The notes under the pieces are model-generated. The model had not been told where the DNA came from and did no database searches. It saw nothing but the letters and a program-made list of their open reading frames with translations. The position numbers and the translations under genes are program-made. From Chrysomallon squamiferum (lineage: Eukaryota; Animalia; Mollusca), in assembly GCA_012295275.1 (NCBI GenBank), contig CM022676.1:4650001-4714000 (forward strand): 64,000 nt of DNA, in the 5' to 3' direction. Shown here piece by piece: positions 1 through 14,760 of this stretch. Every line of letters starts with the position of its first letter. Positions within the stretch are counted from its first letter, which is position 1.

Positions 1-96
1 AGCATTTGTAAAGTTCTTCAACTGTCTTTTGTTTTACTTTTTCTCTACTTTCCATTTTTCTTTCTCTTCTCTCTCTTTCTTTATATTTCTGTATAC

Positions 97-326
97 ATGT
101 ATGTATGCATGTATGTATGTATGTATGTATGTATGTATGTATGTATGTATGTATGTATGTATGTATGTGTGTGTGTGTATGTATGTATGTATGTATGTAT
201 GTATGTATGTATGTATGTATGTATGTATGTATGTATGTGTGTATGTATGTATGTATGTATGTATGTATGTATATATGTATGTATGTGTGTATGTATGTAT
301 GTATGTGTATGTATGTATGTATGTAT
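97..326. repeat. (TATG)n microsatellite
   Basis: Direct reading; source of the MYVC/HTYI ORFs. Confidence 0.98.
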
Positions 327-874
327 ATTCCTGTCTAAATTTGGTGATTTTTCCACCCTCTCTACCGCATAGTTCTAACCTCTGTAATTCACCGTGTTTA
401 AAACGACTTCTGTTACATAAAACAACGATCACCGTAACACATCCGCACCACCACCACCCACCCACCCATTTCACACCCTGCCAAACCTATAATTATGACA
501 ACGATCTGTCAGACTCTTTTCCTTGTTTTTTTTTTTTTTTTTTTTTTCTGTCGTCTTCGATTGTCGCAATGAATCGTTGATTCCACACGTTTGGCAAATC
601 CATGGACACCTTAGATCACGTGACTTTTTTTTATCGATGTTCCCATATTTATAGAGGGCGGTGGATTAAGATATGGATTATCCTGGGTTTAGTGGTTATA
701 CGCTTCACTGCACTTGTACTCTGAGTGCAAAATGGGTGACGGAGGGTGGGGGGTGGGGCTGGCTATGGAGGGAATAAAAAGGTTGAGTTTAAGAGTACAG
801 AGATTAAATGTTACTGACATCGGTGTGTTTAAGTTTTCGTTAATTATACCTTTAATTTTTCGTTTTTTTTTTAA

Positions 875-1005
875 ATTTTAATGTTAATTTTGGTTTTGTA
901 TTTTAATTTTAATTTTGATTTTGTATTTTAATGTTAATTTTGATTTTGTATTTTAGTGTTAATTTTGATTTTGTATTTTAATTTTAATTTTAATTTTAAT
1001 TTTAA
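875..1005. repeat. 24-bp minisatellite (TTAATTTTGATTTTGTATTTTAAT-like) derived from a 6-bp unit
   Basis: About 4-5 copies, decaying into (TTTTAA)n. Confidence 0.85.
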
Positions 1006-1873
1006 TGGCATAAGCGTTTTCATCATTGTTGTCTGTATCATTACTTTCTTCATCTTCATCGTAATCATCATTATCGTCATCATCGTCATTATTATTGTTA
1101 TTATTGTTATTATTGCTATTGTTATTGTTGTTATTAGTGCAGTTGTTATTATTTTTGTTGCTGTTCTTATTATTAATATCACCATCAGCAGCAGCAGCAT
1201 TATCATCATCATCATCATTTATATTTTCTCTTATTTAATTTTTTTTTTAATCCTTTTAATCTCTCTGAATTTCTAATCTTCCTTTTCTTTATTTCTACTT
1301 TTTTTAATCTTTCTATCTCCTTCATCTTTCCTTCTTTTTAAATATCATTTTTATCTTCATTTTTATTTTCATTTTTATTATTTTTATCTTCATTTTTAAT
1401 TATCTCCATTTCTACTTCTTCTTCTGTTTTCTTTTTTTATGCATATTCATCAGCTTCTGTCACCATGACAACCACTCTTCGTTAATTGCACAACGCCATT
1501 ATTTTTTCTATATATGTATTTTTTTTTTTTTCTTTCATTCGCTTTCTTTAAACATTTTAAATCCTAAATTAACGATTAGTAGCTTCTATTAACAGAATAT
1601 CTGAATTCTTTATGTTTTTCTGATCATATCAGTTTCATTCTCTGAAATGTGGAAGTTTCATTTGTTTGTACAAACTTCGCGTGTGTGTAGGTATGTGTAT
1701 GTACGTGTGTCTTGTGTGTGTGTGTGTGTGTGTCTGTATGTTTATATCTGTGTGTCTGATGTTTTGTGTTTTTAAGTAATGTAAATAGACACAGGTAATA
1801 ATAATGGTACTTTTATGAAAACACCCAAGTGATTCTTTTTGTGAATTATATATATATGTGTGTGTGTGTGTGC

Positions 1874-1910
<37 letters not shown>

Positions 1911-2022
1911 TCACAGTCTTTTTTCTTATACTTTGTTCTCTCATTCAATCCCTTTCATTCTCTCTTTATTTCAGAACGTACTTTTCTTTCTCTTTTTCTC
2001 TGTGTTGTTTCTCTTTCTCTCT

Positions 2023-2026
<4 letters not shown>

Positions 2027-2117
<91 letters not shown>

Positions 2118-2130
2118 CCTCTCTCTCTTT
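2027..2130. repeat. (TC)n microsatellite
   Basis: Direct reading. Confidence 0.98.
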
Positions 2131-2936
2131 CTCTACAATTATATATATATATAAATGTTTTATCTCTTTTACTATTTTTTCCTTTAACACTCTCTTACTT
2201 TCTCTCACTCAATGTTCTGTCAATTGCCTATGTACACTCACTCACACCTTCACGCAAAAAGAAACACAAAGACAGTACATCGAAAACAATAACTACACAT
2301 ATCTTTAAATCTAAACGTATATCAACTGTTCACCACTGTATCATCAATGAGTAAATATTTATTAAATAACGCGCCAGATCATTTCCTTCTTTTTCTTTCA
2401 TTTAACATTCTGTCACAAAGAACGTTAATTAAAAAGAATATTTTTTTTTTCGGTTTATTAAAACAAGCAGCGATCTCTTGAACACGCTGACATTAATTTT
2501 GCTGAAAATAACAAAAGATAAAATTTATTTTCTTTTTTCTTTTTTCTTTTTTTCTCGTCTGCTCTCGCTCGTTTCAACGTCATTAATAATTCGCTAAGTA
2601 TTAGAAAAATCCTTTTCTCCGTTGTAAATTAACTTCGGAAATGCGTCTATCATTTAGCAATAATATCAGCTATGTTTGGAAGCGGATGAATGACACTGGT
2701 TTAACGAATTCTCAACACATTTTATTACCAGTTATTGTTCGACGCTTTTGTGTGTGCTGCGGTTTTTATCATTCTCATCTTCACAAAAATGAGACAGAAA
2801 TCGTGTAGTTTACGAGAATAGGTATACAACGGAAATACGATCGTTATGGAAATGAAATTATTAATGACTTTTTAATATGAATTCCTTTAATTTTATCTGT
2901 TATCAGTTCTTCTTTTTCTTCTTCTTCTTCTTCTTC

Positions 2937-2977
<41 letters not shown>

Positions 2978-3464
2978 TTTTTCGTATGTTTCAGGTTTGA
3001 TTACGAGTGGACACGTTGTAAAAGGTCAGTCTTGTTTTTACTACATAAATTTTTAATATTCTGTTTTGAAATCACCTCTGCCACATTTTACTTATATATT
3101 TATACACGCACACACGCACAAACTCCTCCTTCTCTTCTCAGACAAGCAGAAAAGAAGCGAAGTCTTACAAAAGACTTTTCAAAAAAAAAAAAAAAAAAGA
3201 TATAATAAAAAAAGGGCATCTCTTTCGCCCTGAGCCACGTTAGGTTAGTCTTCAGAAGAGGTTTTTGTTCAAAGAGTTATTAAGATCTGTGCTCGAGTGA
3301 GGACAGAGCAATCGATTATCTCCACACAAGAGTCTCCCAGATCAAAGCGACGCGGCCGCGTGATATACAGGATTATAGTTAGAGGTTAAATAATCCCGTT
3401 ATCTCCCACACTGGCAATAATCATCTTGTAACGACCTTAACGAAGAAGTAGCGTTCTTGTCTGA

Positions 3465-3640
<176 letters not shown>

Positions 3641-3659
3641 ACCCACACATAACTGTCAA

Positions 3660-3870
3660 CCTGCAACATTTATCCTTGTTAACTCAGTTCATTATACCGC
3701 TCTTACTGGTAGACTTCCTGGTTGGAATATCTTCAATTACCTCCCTGGCAAGTGTTGCCTTGCTCTATTTAGTAATAAGCTCATCAGGCAGACAGAACTG
3801 AGCATTCAAGGAGACGAAAGGAGCTACTCAGCTCCTCAATCGTTATGACACCAAGGACGCAGAATGCGAT
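3660..3870 (-). mobile_element. Possible Academ-like DNA transposase fossil
   Basis: The minus strand reads CLPDELITK*SKATLAREVIEDIPTRKSTSKSGIMN*VNK, resembling a recalled motif ATPDGxLRKTNKAxLAxE...ExIP...DGMxLVQK of Academ-type invertebrate transposases. Two in-frame stops; not checked by search. Confidence 0.3.
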
Positions 3871-4245
3871 GTTAGGGCTTGTATCTAGTGGTTTGAAATC
3901 AGTGCACGGTTACGGTTTTACTGCGGAAAAGCTTCTAAGTAGAGAATTTTAATTTTAATTTTAATTCATCATAATCATTATTATTATGTTATTACTGTCA
4001 TAAGCGTCATCATCAATCATACAATCATCATCATCATCAAAGAGAAAGAGAAACATTATTGAGATTATTAGAAAGAGACAGTTGTTGTTGTTGTTGATGA
4101 TGTTAACATTGTTGTTTTCGTTAATGGATTGAGAACCAGAGACAAAAAGAGAGAGAAACAAATGATTAAAGATTCTTGAAAGTAATCTGTTAATTAACTA
4201 ATTTGAGATTATGTAACATTTGATATATATAAATACTGAGAGGGG

Positions 4246-4371
<126 letters not shown>

Positions 4372-4873
4372 ACGAAACAGAAAAGTACAAAAACAAAACA
4401 AAAAAAACAGAGAATCTGTTGATTACATTTTCTATTATCAATGGCAACACCTACAACACAATGAACAACATGCTGAACATTCTGCTGTATTCTGTAAGCG
4501 AGTCTAAAATTTTACAACTAACAGAAAAGAAAAATAACAGAAGCAATTCCCTCAATCCGGGCTCCATCAAAAAGGAAATAAATCGAACAGAAATCAATGT
4601 CGCTTTTCTATTTTAATACAACGTCCATTGTCCGCCTGTATTTTCAATTCATGTCTGTTAAAATACGTCTTTGTGAGTCTGTATTGTAGAAAAGTTTTTT
4701 ATTTTTTTTATAATTTTATATTTTTGTTTCCTTTATTATTGTTTTCATTGTCGTTGTTTGATGAAATAGAAAATTACTAGTGGTGATGCTACTAATAATA
4801 GTAGTAGTAGAAGTAGTAGTAGTTGTAATAATAGCAGAGTAATATTAGTAAGAGTAGTAGCAGTAGTAGTGTA

Positions 4874-4906
<33 letters not shown>

Positions 4907-5420
4907 AATACTGTAATTATCATTACTTTTACTTATTTTTGTTGCTGTTGTTTTGTTGTTGTTGTTACTGTTACTATTGTTATTGGGTTTTTTTCTTCTG
5001 CAAGTAATAGTATAACTGCCCTTTTATTTCATTATTATTATTATTTTGTTTTTTTGTTTTGTTTGTTTTCTTTCTTTTTGCTGTGTTTGGGTGACCTATT
5101 TTATTTCAAGGTTTCTAAAAATTGTTTTTAAAATAATGTATAAACACTAAGTTTAACTAAAAAACGAATTAGATCTGCTTGTAAAGAAAGATATAGATAT
5201 TTCTCTCACCTTTTTCTTCTCAAATTACCCATTTGTTTTAATTCTGTTTCCTTTTTTTTTCTTCTATTTATTTGCTATTTTCGATAAATATTGTTAATTC
5301 TATTATATATATATATATAACAGCTCAAACACACACACAGACACACAGACACATCACTCATTCACTCATTTATTCTCTCACTAACTCACTCACATATCCG
5401 CACACATATCAACAATGAAC

Positions 5421-5743
5421 TGACGTCACAGGCCATCATATTCGTTAGCGCAAAATTGATCAGTCTTCTTTTACTTGCGGATTGTCGTAAGGTTACTATT
5501 TACATCTGAAATGTTAGAACAGTTTATTACGTCAACTGCACGCTTACGTCAAAAGATTTCTTAACGTTACCTCAAGTTACGACAGTTCTTACGTTCTGCA
5601 CGACGTAGCCTGACTCAACGTACTTATCTTTTATTCACTACTGACCTGGTATCAGGGATATGACGTCAACGGTGCTCTGACGTCATAAGCCTACTTAAGG
5701 ATTCCTCAGTTAAGAACATTCGTAGCACTAATCTCTTCTTGTA

Positions 5744-5779
<36 letters not shown>

Positions 5780-6414
5780 ACAAAATTGTACTTTTCCGTT
5801 AGATATAAATGTCCAGCAGCGGGGATTGTGACGTCGGCAATCCGCTGACGTCACAGGTCATCAAAAAGGACATTACTTACAGCTAAATATTTTACACTTG
5901 AGTAGTTTTATTCGTCTCATCTGATTAATTTTGAGAAAAAGTACGGCAGACGAAAATAATTTCGTTTAGCTATCAGCTTGCTGTAAATAGATCAAAAGTA
6001 GGATTATGACGTCACCGAAGAGCTGACGTCACAAATCTTCTTAATTGCATTACACCTTAATATGAAACTTGTTCTTCTAATCTTATATTAAACATAACTG
6101 TAAGAAATATTTTGTTCTCATTTACTTACGACTAAAACAGGACAGGTATTATGACGTCATACAGTGACGTCACAGATCTTCTCAAGCTGTTGTCTTGGGT
6201 AACGACGAACTCGTTCGTTCGTAACTTTCCTGCCGTTCTATAAACAGCAATAAGACATTTTTTTTATTATTATTATTATTATTTTTTTTTTTATCTTCAC
6301 AACTAATCACAAAAGTGAAGAAATCTACGATAAAACGACACGTGACAGATCGATGGACGGAACTCGCCGCTGTTTCTTTAAACAACGACATTACGTCAAT
6401 TAAGACTTACGTCT
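5421..6414. promoter_or_regulatory. Degenerate ~135-180 bp-period array of paired CRE (TGACGTCA) palindromes
   Basis: TGACGTCA at 5421, 5661+5678, 5846 (partner TGACGTCG at 5829), 6007+6024, 6152+6165; variant pairs TTACGTCA at 5527+5544 and TTACGTCA/TTACGTCT at 6391+6407. Regulatory function is inferred, not shown. Confidence 0.55.
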
Positions 6415-7461
6415 TGAATCCGGTTAGACGCAAATACTGCTACGTTACGCTAATAATTAACGACAACCGGATTATCGGATTCGGACGCTGATCCCTTTAA
6501 ATGGTTCATCGCGTGTTTAGAACGACGTTACGAAGATTTATGAAAAGTTTTTGTACGTATTAAAGAAACGAGATTTTCAGATCTGTCTACCGATAATTGT
6601 TTAAGACTTTCCGCAAAGGTAAAGGAAAGTGTGGTATGTCTGTAACAGTATTAGCAGATAATGCTCTCTGTTTTAAAATAACTCTGTCACAGATATATCG
6701 TGGAAGTTTCTGGTTCATTGTCGTTTCAGTGCAGCTGTATGTAGATACCGATATTAGTTTGGTTTGTCTGTATGTGAGTTTACTGTTTAATATTTATGGA
6801 AAGGTGAATGTGTATGTATGTATGTATGTATGTATGTATATACATATATATGACAAACGGACGTATACACAGACAAACGAACTTACACGATAACCAAGCA
6901 GTGACAGACATACTGACAAATGCATGTATGTATGTATGTATGTATGTATGGTATGTATGTATGTATGTATATGTAGGTATGTTTTGTATGTGAATGTATT
7001 TGTGTGTATGTTTTATGTATGTGTTTGTGTGTATTTTAAAAAAAAAAATGTATGCAAGGGCTGTAGGTATGTAATATGTATATAAACGATCTTCTTAATA
7101 TCTACTCATATATTTACTAGTACAAATTAAACAAAAATAATAAAAATAATAATAATAATAAACCATAATAAAACAAACGAAATAAAGAAATAAACTTTCT
7201 TTTCTATTCATCCCACTTCGTTTACGCACACGCACACACACGCACACACACACACACACACACGCACACGCATCCAGCGACACGATCGACTCTTCCATCC
7301 ACAAAAGGCAACTGAACCGCACGCAGATAAAAAAAAAAAAAAGCCGAAACGAGACGACAAAATGCCAATCTTGTTCTCGTGGCTTCGTCTCCACTGTGAA
7401 GAATTAACACTCGGACCACTAGCTGCTGGTTAAAGCTGCTTAACACACTCACACACACACA

Positions 7462-7536
<75 letters not shown>

Positions 7537-8325
7537 AGAGAGAATCTCTAACCGCTGGCACAATCCACTGTTTGACTGTAAAAACACGCGCGCGGCCTAC
7601 ACTTGACCTGAACCGAGAGATATTGATAATTTATTTACTCTCCCCTCCGCCATTTTCGGCAATCTCGTCACGAAATTTTTATTTTTATTTATTTTTATTT
7701 TATTTTTTTATTTTTTCTGAGGAATATCATTCGTGGAAACCGTGGCTGCGCTTGTAACAAGCAGACATAAAACGTTTTGAAAAAAAAAAAATCATCAAAT
7801 TTAAAAAAAAAAAAAAAAAAAAAAATAAAAAAGCAGTATTATTTTTTCAACTCATCCTGTTCTCAATGAATCTTTTGGTTAAAGAGATTTTATTACTATT
7901 TTTTTTTTTTTTTTTTTTTATTTTTTATTATTATTCCTTTGGCGTTTTAGTCTGCTAAGCTACTACGTGTCCAGAGTTTCTCGTGGTTTCGATCGCTTCG
8001 TTTGGCGGTTGATATATTCAATTACTCTCGACCGCTCATTTCGCCGATAAGTGATGTCAAGCAACGAGGCAATCCATGCGGCTACGACGGCATGTTCGCA
8101 CATTCAGATAGCGGACATTAGACCGTCGTTCACGACGACGTTGGCGACGAAGAGATGCTGCTTTTAGACAAATTAGATTGGTCGAGATGTTAACGATTGA
8201 GAAGTTTCTGAAGTGTTAGGACATTCATGTTCATCTAGTCTGCGCCGATTTTGCTTTTTTGTTACCGTTGTAGTCGTTGCTGTTGTAGTGTTGTAGATGT
8301 TGTTGTTGCGATGTTGCTGTTGCAG

Positions 8326-8440
8326 TTATTTTGTCGTCGTCGTGTCATTGTTGCTGTTCTAAATTATTTTAAATTACGATTATTATTATTTTGTCGTCGT
8401 CGTGTCAATTTTTATTGTTCTTAATTGTTGTTTTAAATTA
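8326..8440. repeat. 60-bp-period diverged duplication
   Basis: TTATTTTGTCGTCGTCGTGTCA at 8326 and 8386. Confidence 0.8.
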
Positions 8441-9086
8441 TTATTATTATTATTATTATTATTATTTATTATTATTATTATTATTATTATTGTTGTTGTG
8501 TCATTTGCTTATTCTATATATTATATATATATTTTATTTTTGTTGTTTTCTTCCCTCGTCATCATTTCTTCATTTTATTTACATCATCATCATTTTGGGT
8601 AGATTATTAATATTTTGGGGTCGATTATTATTATGATTCTGAAGAGTCGCCATTTTGACTTTTTTGCTACGGGATGCATTTAATCGCGGTTGCTGTTTTA
8701 TTTTATTTCTTTTTTTGTCTAAATATGAATAAAACATGATTTAATTTTTTTAAAGCTCAGTCGTTTTATGGCGTCGCTCTATCCGATTTTCATTTACTTT
8801 TATGGTATGTTCTTTACTGTTTAAGTTATGTTAAGTGGAGGCGTACTGTCCTTCACACTGGTCTAAAAATAGTGACGGTGCTGGAATCTCATCGACTTAC
8901 GTTTTTTTAAAATTTTTTGGTCTTAAAATCTGACCATACATCTGTTTATCTGTGTATCTAATTTTTACATATATCCGTATGTCTATTTATATTTATTCAT
9001 TTATCAGTTTATCTGTAAATCATTCTCTCAGTTACAATAACAGACTTTTGAAAGTTTCACCAAATGAAAACGTATTGTTTAAAAAT

Positions 9087-9147
<61 letters not shown>

Positions 9148-9183
9148 CTGAAAAAGACAGAAAGTAGAAGAAAGAAAAATTTC

Positions 9184-9224
<41 letters not shown>

Positions 9225-10115
9225 CAGAGACCACAGCCTCTATAACCTCTGAAACCCTATAATGGCTACTGATAAGTCAACGAATAAGTCCTATCACAGC
9301 TCGCACAAAGAAGTCATTGGTAGACAAAACACCAATAACAACCTTGAAAGACCTCTGATTAAAAACCAACGTTTCGCCGTTTCCCGCCATTCTTTGTATC
9401 GTCTGCCATTTGCAGGTACATCTGCACGGCACGTGGAGTCCGCGCGCATTAAAATATCAGACTCCAATGAATAGAGACTTGGAGGCCTCGCTGACTAGCG
9501 TATTAAACAGATTGCCGTGTCACAGAAATAGATCAACATTTTGTAAAAAAATTTCAATCTACGAAGCCCCGACTAGGACCACCGTATTCTGGCAAATAAA
9601 GGAACGGTGAATTACGTCGGGCTTTACGAATATATAGAGGATTATTTAGGAGGCGTCTGTCTATGACAAAATGTCTGTCTCCGTCGTGTTAACTCACCCA
9701 GTGTTTATGGCCCGACATCCTATCAATAAGATAAATTCTGGTTTGATTAAAAGCTTAGATTCTGAATTTCGTTATTTTCTTTTTTTTTTTTTTTTTTTTT
9801 CCGATGACGTCACTCCGCCGTTCTTTCCCGAGCGGAAATATTTTACGCTGTCTCGACAAACCGGCCGGATTATCTCGACTAAATATTTAACTGTTTAATT
9901 CTTGACGAAGTAGAGTATTAAATATATTAAGTAAATAAAGTTGAAAATTGTACCAAATCATGGTGAGATGCTACTTTAGCCATCCTTATTAGTACTAGTA
10001 CTGTTCTTGATATGATCAACGTTACCATAGTTACTTGTAGTAGTAGTAGTAGTAGTAATAGTAGTAGTAGTAGTAGAAGAAGGAGTAGCAGCAGCTGTAG
10101 TAATAGTATAGGTAA

Positions 10116-10151
<36 letters not shown>

Positions 10152-10811
10152 CATCAGCAGTAGTAATATAAGTAGTAGTAGTTGTACTCGTGGCGGTATC
10201 AGTAGTAGTAATAATAACAGTAGAAGCCTCAGCAGTATTAACAGCAGTGGTATAATAATTGTTGCTGTTGTTGCTGCTGCTGTTGTTTGTTGCTGCTGTA
10301 GTTAGAAGCCGTATAAGTAATCGTTGTTATAGTATTTGTAATTGTTGTCAGTAATTACAAGTAGCAGCTGTCGTTTCTACTGCTGTTATTAGAAATAGAA
10401 GTAATTTAATAACTATTTTTGTACTAATAGCTATTATTTATTGTTGTTGTTGTATTAATACTTATTATTTATTGTTGTTGTTGTATTAATAGTTATTAAC
10501 AACAGTAGTAGTAGCAGTAGTAGTAGTAGTAGTAGTTGTTATTGTTGTTGTAGTAGTAGTAGTAGAAGTAGTAGTTGCTTCTACTATTTAAACTGTCGTA
10601 ATACAAAACGAACAGAATCCCTTCTTTTTACAAAATATATGAAATGGAACGAAAATATCTTTTCTTCTAGTTAATTTTAGCTTCTTTGCGACAACGGATA
10701 TCATTGTACATAATTTTCACCCGTTTTCCAGAATGTTCTTTCTAATGGAGCTCTTTATATAGATCTCGATTTTTCCCACGAGTTTTGTCCAAATGGAAAG
10801 AATGCCTGTCA

Positions 10812-10843
<32 letters not shown>

Positions 10844-11203
10844 GTATGTATATATAATGTTCTCACTGTGAAACATTATACGGCCTTGGACACCAGGATG
10901 TGTTCGAGATTCCTCAGCCAGAACTATTTTTCCACAAAAGAACAGTTAATTTGTTTTTGCCAAACTAACGATCGTTTTCATTTAGCGCGGAACTCCAGAT
11001 GGAATCTGGAACAAAAGCCATAATTGACTGACGAAGACGTCGTTGTTGCGTTAAGTGGCAGGCAGAATGTCGTGTATTTCACAGCGTGGTGGCTGTTGTA
11101 GTTCACTGACTACGTAGTAGCTGTTGTTGTTCTTGTTTTGGGGATAAAAGAATTTCCACTTGTGTTTTGTTCAACATGGTAATGAGTGTGAAGTTGGAGA
11201 GGA

Positions 11204-12711
<1,508 letters not shown>

Positions 12712-13852
12712 GCGAGCAAAGGAAAGTTACAGATAAGAACCAAGCATGAAGAAAGACAAAGTAAAAGAAAAAGAGAAAAACTGGACAGAACATTCTAAAC
12801 CTTTTTTTTTAAAAGTGGATTTAGAGCAACGACTGTTAAGAGAAATAATCCAGTAGGATCAGCAGTGTCTGGTTCTCTCTTTCTCACTCACGATCATTGC
12901 TGCTTTGTGCAAGAGAGAAACACAGAGAGAACAACAAGAAAAAGAATGAGAATAACAAAAAGCGAGAACGTGTGAAAGATAAAAAAAAAAAAAAAAACTT
13001 CATTTGTCGTAAAATATCTTTGATTTATCGATTCCTAACTCTTTGTCAAAAGTTGCATCATTTTTCTCAACGACGGAACAAAACTTCTAAGTAATTAAGC
13101 CTCGTGATATCTGCTTTCAGTTTATTTTTTTATTTTTATTTTTATTTTTATTTTTTTCCCCATCTTTTTTTTAGATGTATTTCAAAATTCTTAGAATGCA
13201 GGTTTCTAATTTAACGCTTCAATATTTTTTATAGATATATTTTTTTTTTATTTGTTACTTTCTTCATTTTTTTTTTTTTTTTTTTTATTATTTTTTTTTT
13301 TTTTTTCTGGTATTACATTTCTGTGAATTCATTTTACTTACAGTACACATCCGTACATTCATCAGGTTGTTTGTCCATCCATCCGTCTCTTTATATCTCC
13401 CATTTTACTGATGTGAATTTTTTTCCGTTCCAGATCTTCCCATATAAGTAATTTATAAACGACTCCTATGTGTCTTTCATTCTTTCTTCTTTCTTTCTCC
13501 TTGTTCTGTGTTATGGTCTGTATTTATATTTCTTCTTCTTTTTCTTGTACTTCTGTGTAATCGTTATTTTGTTGTTGTTGTTGTTGTTGCTGATGTTTTT
13601 AATATTCCAAAATCGTGGTAGATTTTAGTTTGTTCTTTAACTACGGTATAATTTAATTCTGTTCTGTTATTGGTAGCATGATCAACCCTACTTGCTGTTA
13701 TCACTGCGTTATTTCCCAATCTAACCACTGTGTCGTGTCTGTATTACGACACCCGTGATCTACAATTATCCAACTTATGAGAAGGTGTATATGAAAATTT
13801 TCTAATTGCTAATCGATAAGAGTTTCTATTTTCTTTCTGTATAATTTTGTTT

Positions 13853-13883
<31 letters not shown>

Positions 13884-14299
13884 TATTTTATTTTATTTTA
13901 TTTTATTTTTATTCCCATATCATCTTAATAAAACAATAAAAAAAAAATTTCATTAATAGGATACTGTTATTATTAATCTATCTTCTCTCATTGCTACTGC
14001 GTTACTTATCAATCAAACCAGTCCGTTTTACACGGTAGACCTGTTTTCTTTCTGCATCTGTGCCTTTAACGATTACACAATTTGTTTTATTATTATCATC
14101 ATCATTATTATTATTCACACTAGCATTAACCGTTATTACCTAATTCCCTAAGACGCTGAAGTAAAAAAAAAAAAAAAAAAAAAAATGTATCTCTGTTAAG
14201 TAACACTCTTTACTCCAGTGTGTCATCGCCACCTCAGTTGACGTAACAAATGACGTAATTCATCACAGACGACATCAAAGCAATCCTGAAACCTCGAAA

Positions 14300-14760
14300 C
14301 GTCAAAATCGGTCAGCGCGTTTGGGAACGAGGCGGCGGGCGGCCATTTGTCTTCCTTGCCCCACGCACCTCATATGACAACGCTTCGATCCCGGCGGTCG
14401 TATTAAAGTCGAAAAAGTTCCTCGGGAAAACCCGTCAACCGATGCCGAGAAGCGTACAGACCCGAGTTCTAAATTTTTTTTTTTTTTTTTTTCTACGTCA
14501 TTTACGGACGCTGCAGAAATGTTTGATTGCCGCCTCGTTCCCAGCCTTCCCCTAGAGGGCGCGCATCTCCGTCGACGGGAGAGTCGTTCCGGTCACGGGT
14601 CCGGGCATTTTGATTACGAAGTTGACTTCGTCGATTCCCGTAACGCGCTCTGCGGACGCCACTTCTGGGCCCGAGCAAGAAGGGTCGTTATTCATCATCC
14701 AGCTCGGCCACGCCCACCAATGCACACACGGGGGCCCCCTGGGAGGGAGAGGAGAAGATT
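14300..14760. promoter_or_regulatory. CpG/GC-rich island with promoter-type motifs
   Basis: One of the most GC-rich stretches in the window. Contains YY1-like GCGGCCATTT (14339), KLF/SP-like GCCACGCCC (14707) abutting CCAAT (14717), and a 15-bp inverted repeat. Function is inferred. Confidence 0.35.

Noticed and set aside
3886-3905. TAGTGGTTTGAAATCAGTGC resembles the 3' half of miR-29/miR-285
   Set aside because: The seed AGCACCA is absent and I see no complementary arm.
6301-6318. TCACAAAAGTGA matches the 3' part of miR-153
   Set aside because: The 5' seed region (TTGCATAG) is missing.
5421-6414. CRISPR-like appearance of conserved-core, variable-spacer arrays (also 22.2-23.2 kb and 56.6-57.2 kb)
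   Set aside because: Eukaryotic context, no cas genes, cores are short and degenerate, and spacer lengths are irregular.
6417-6473. 9-bp inverted repeat AATCCGGTT/AACCGGATT
   Set aside because: The interior does not pair; a single 9-bp stem is compatible with chance.
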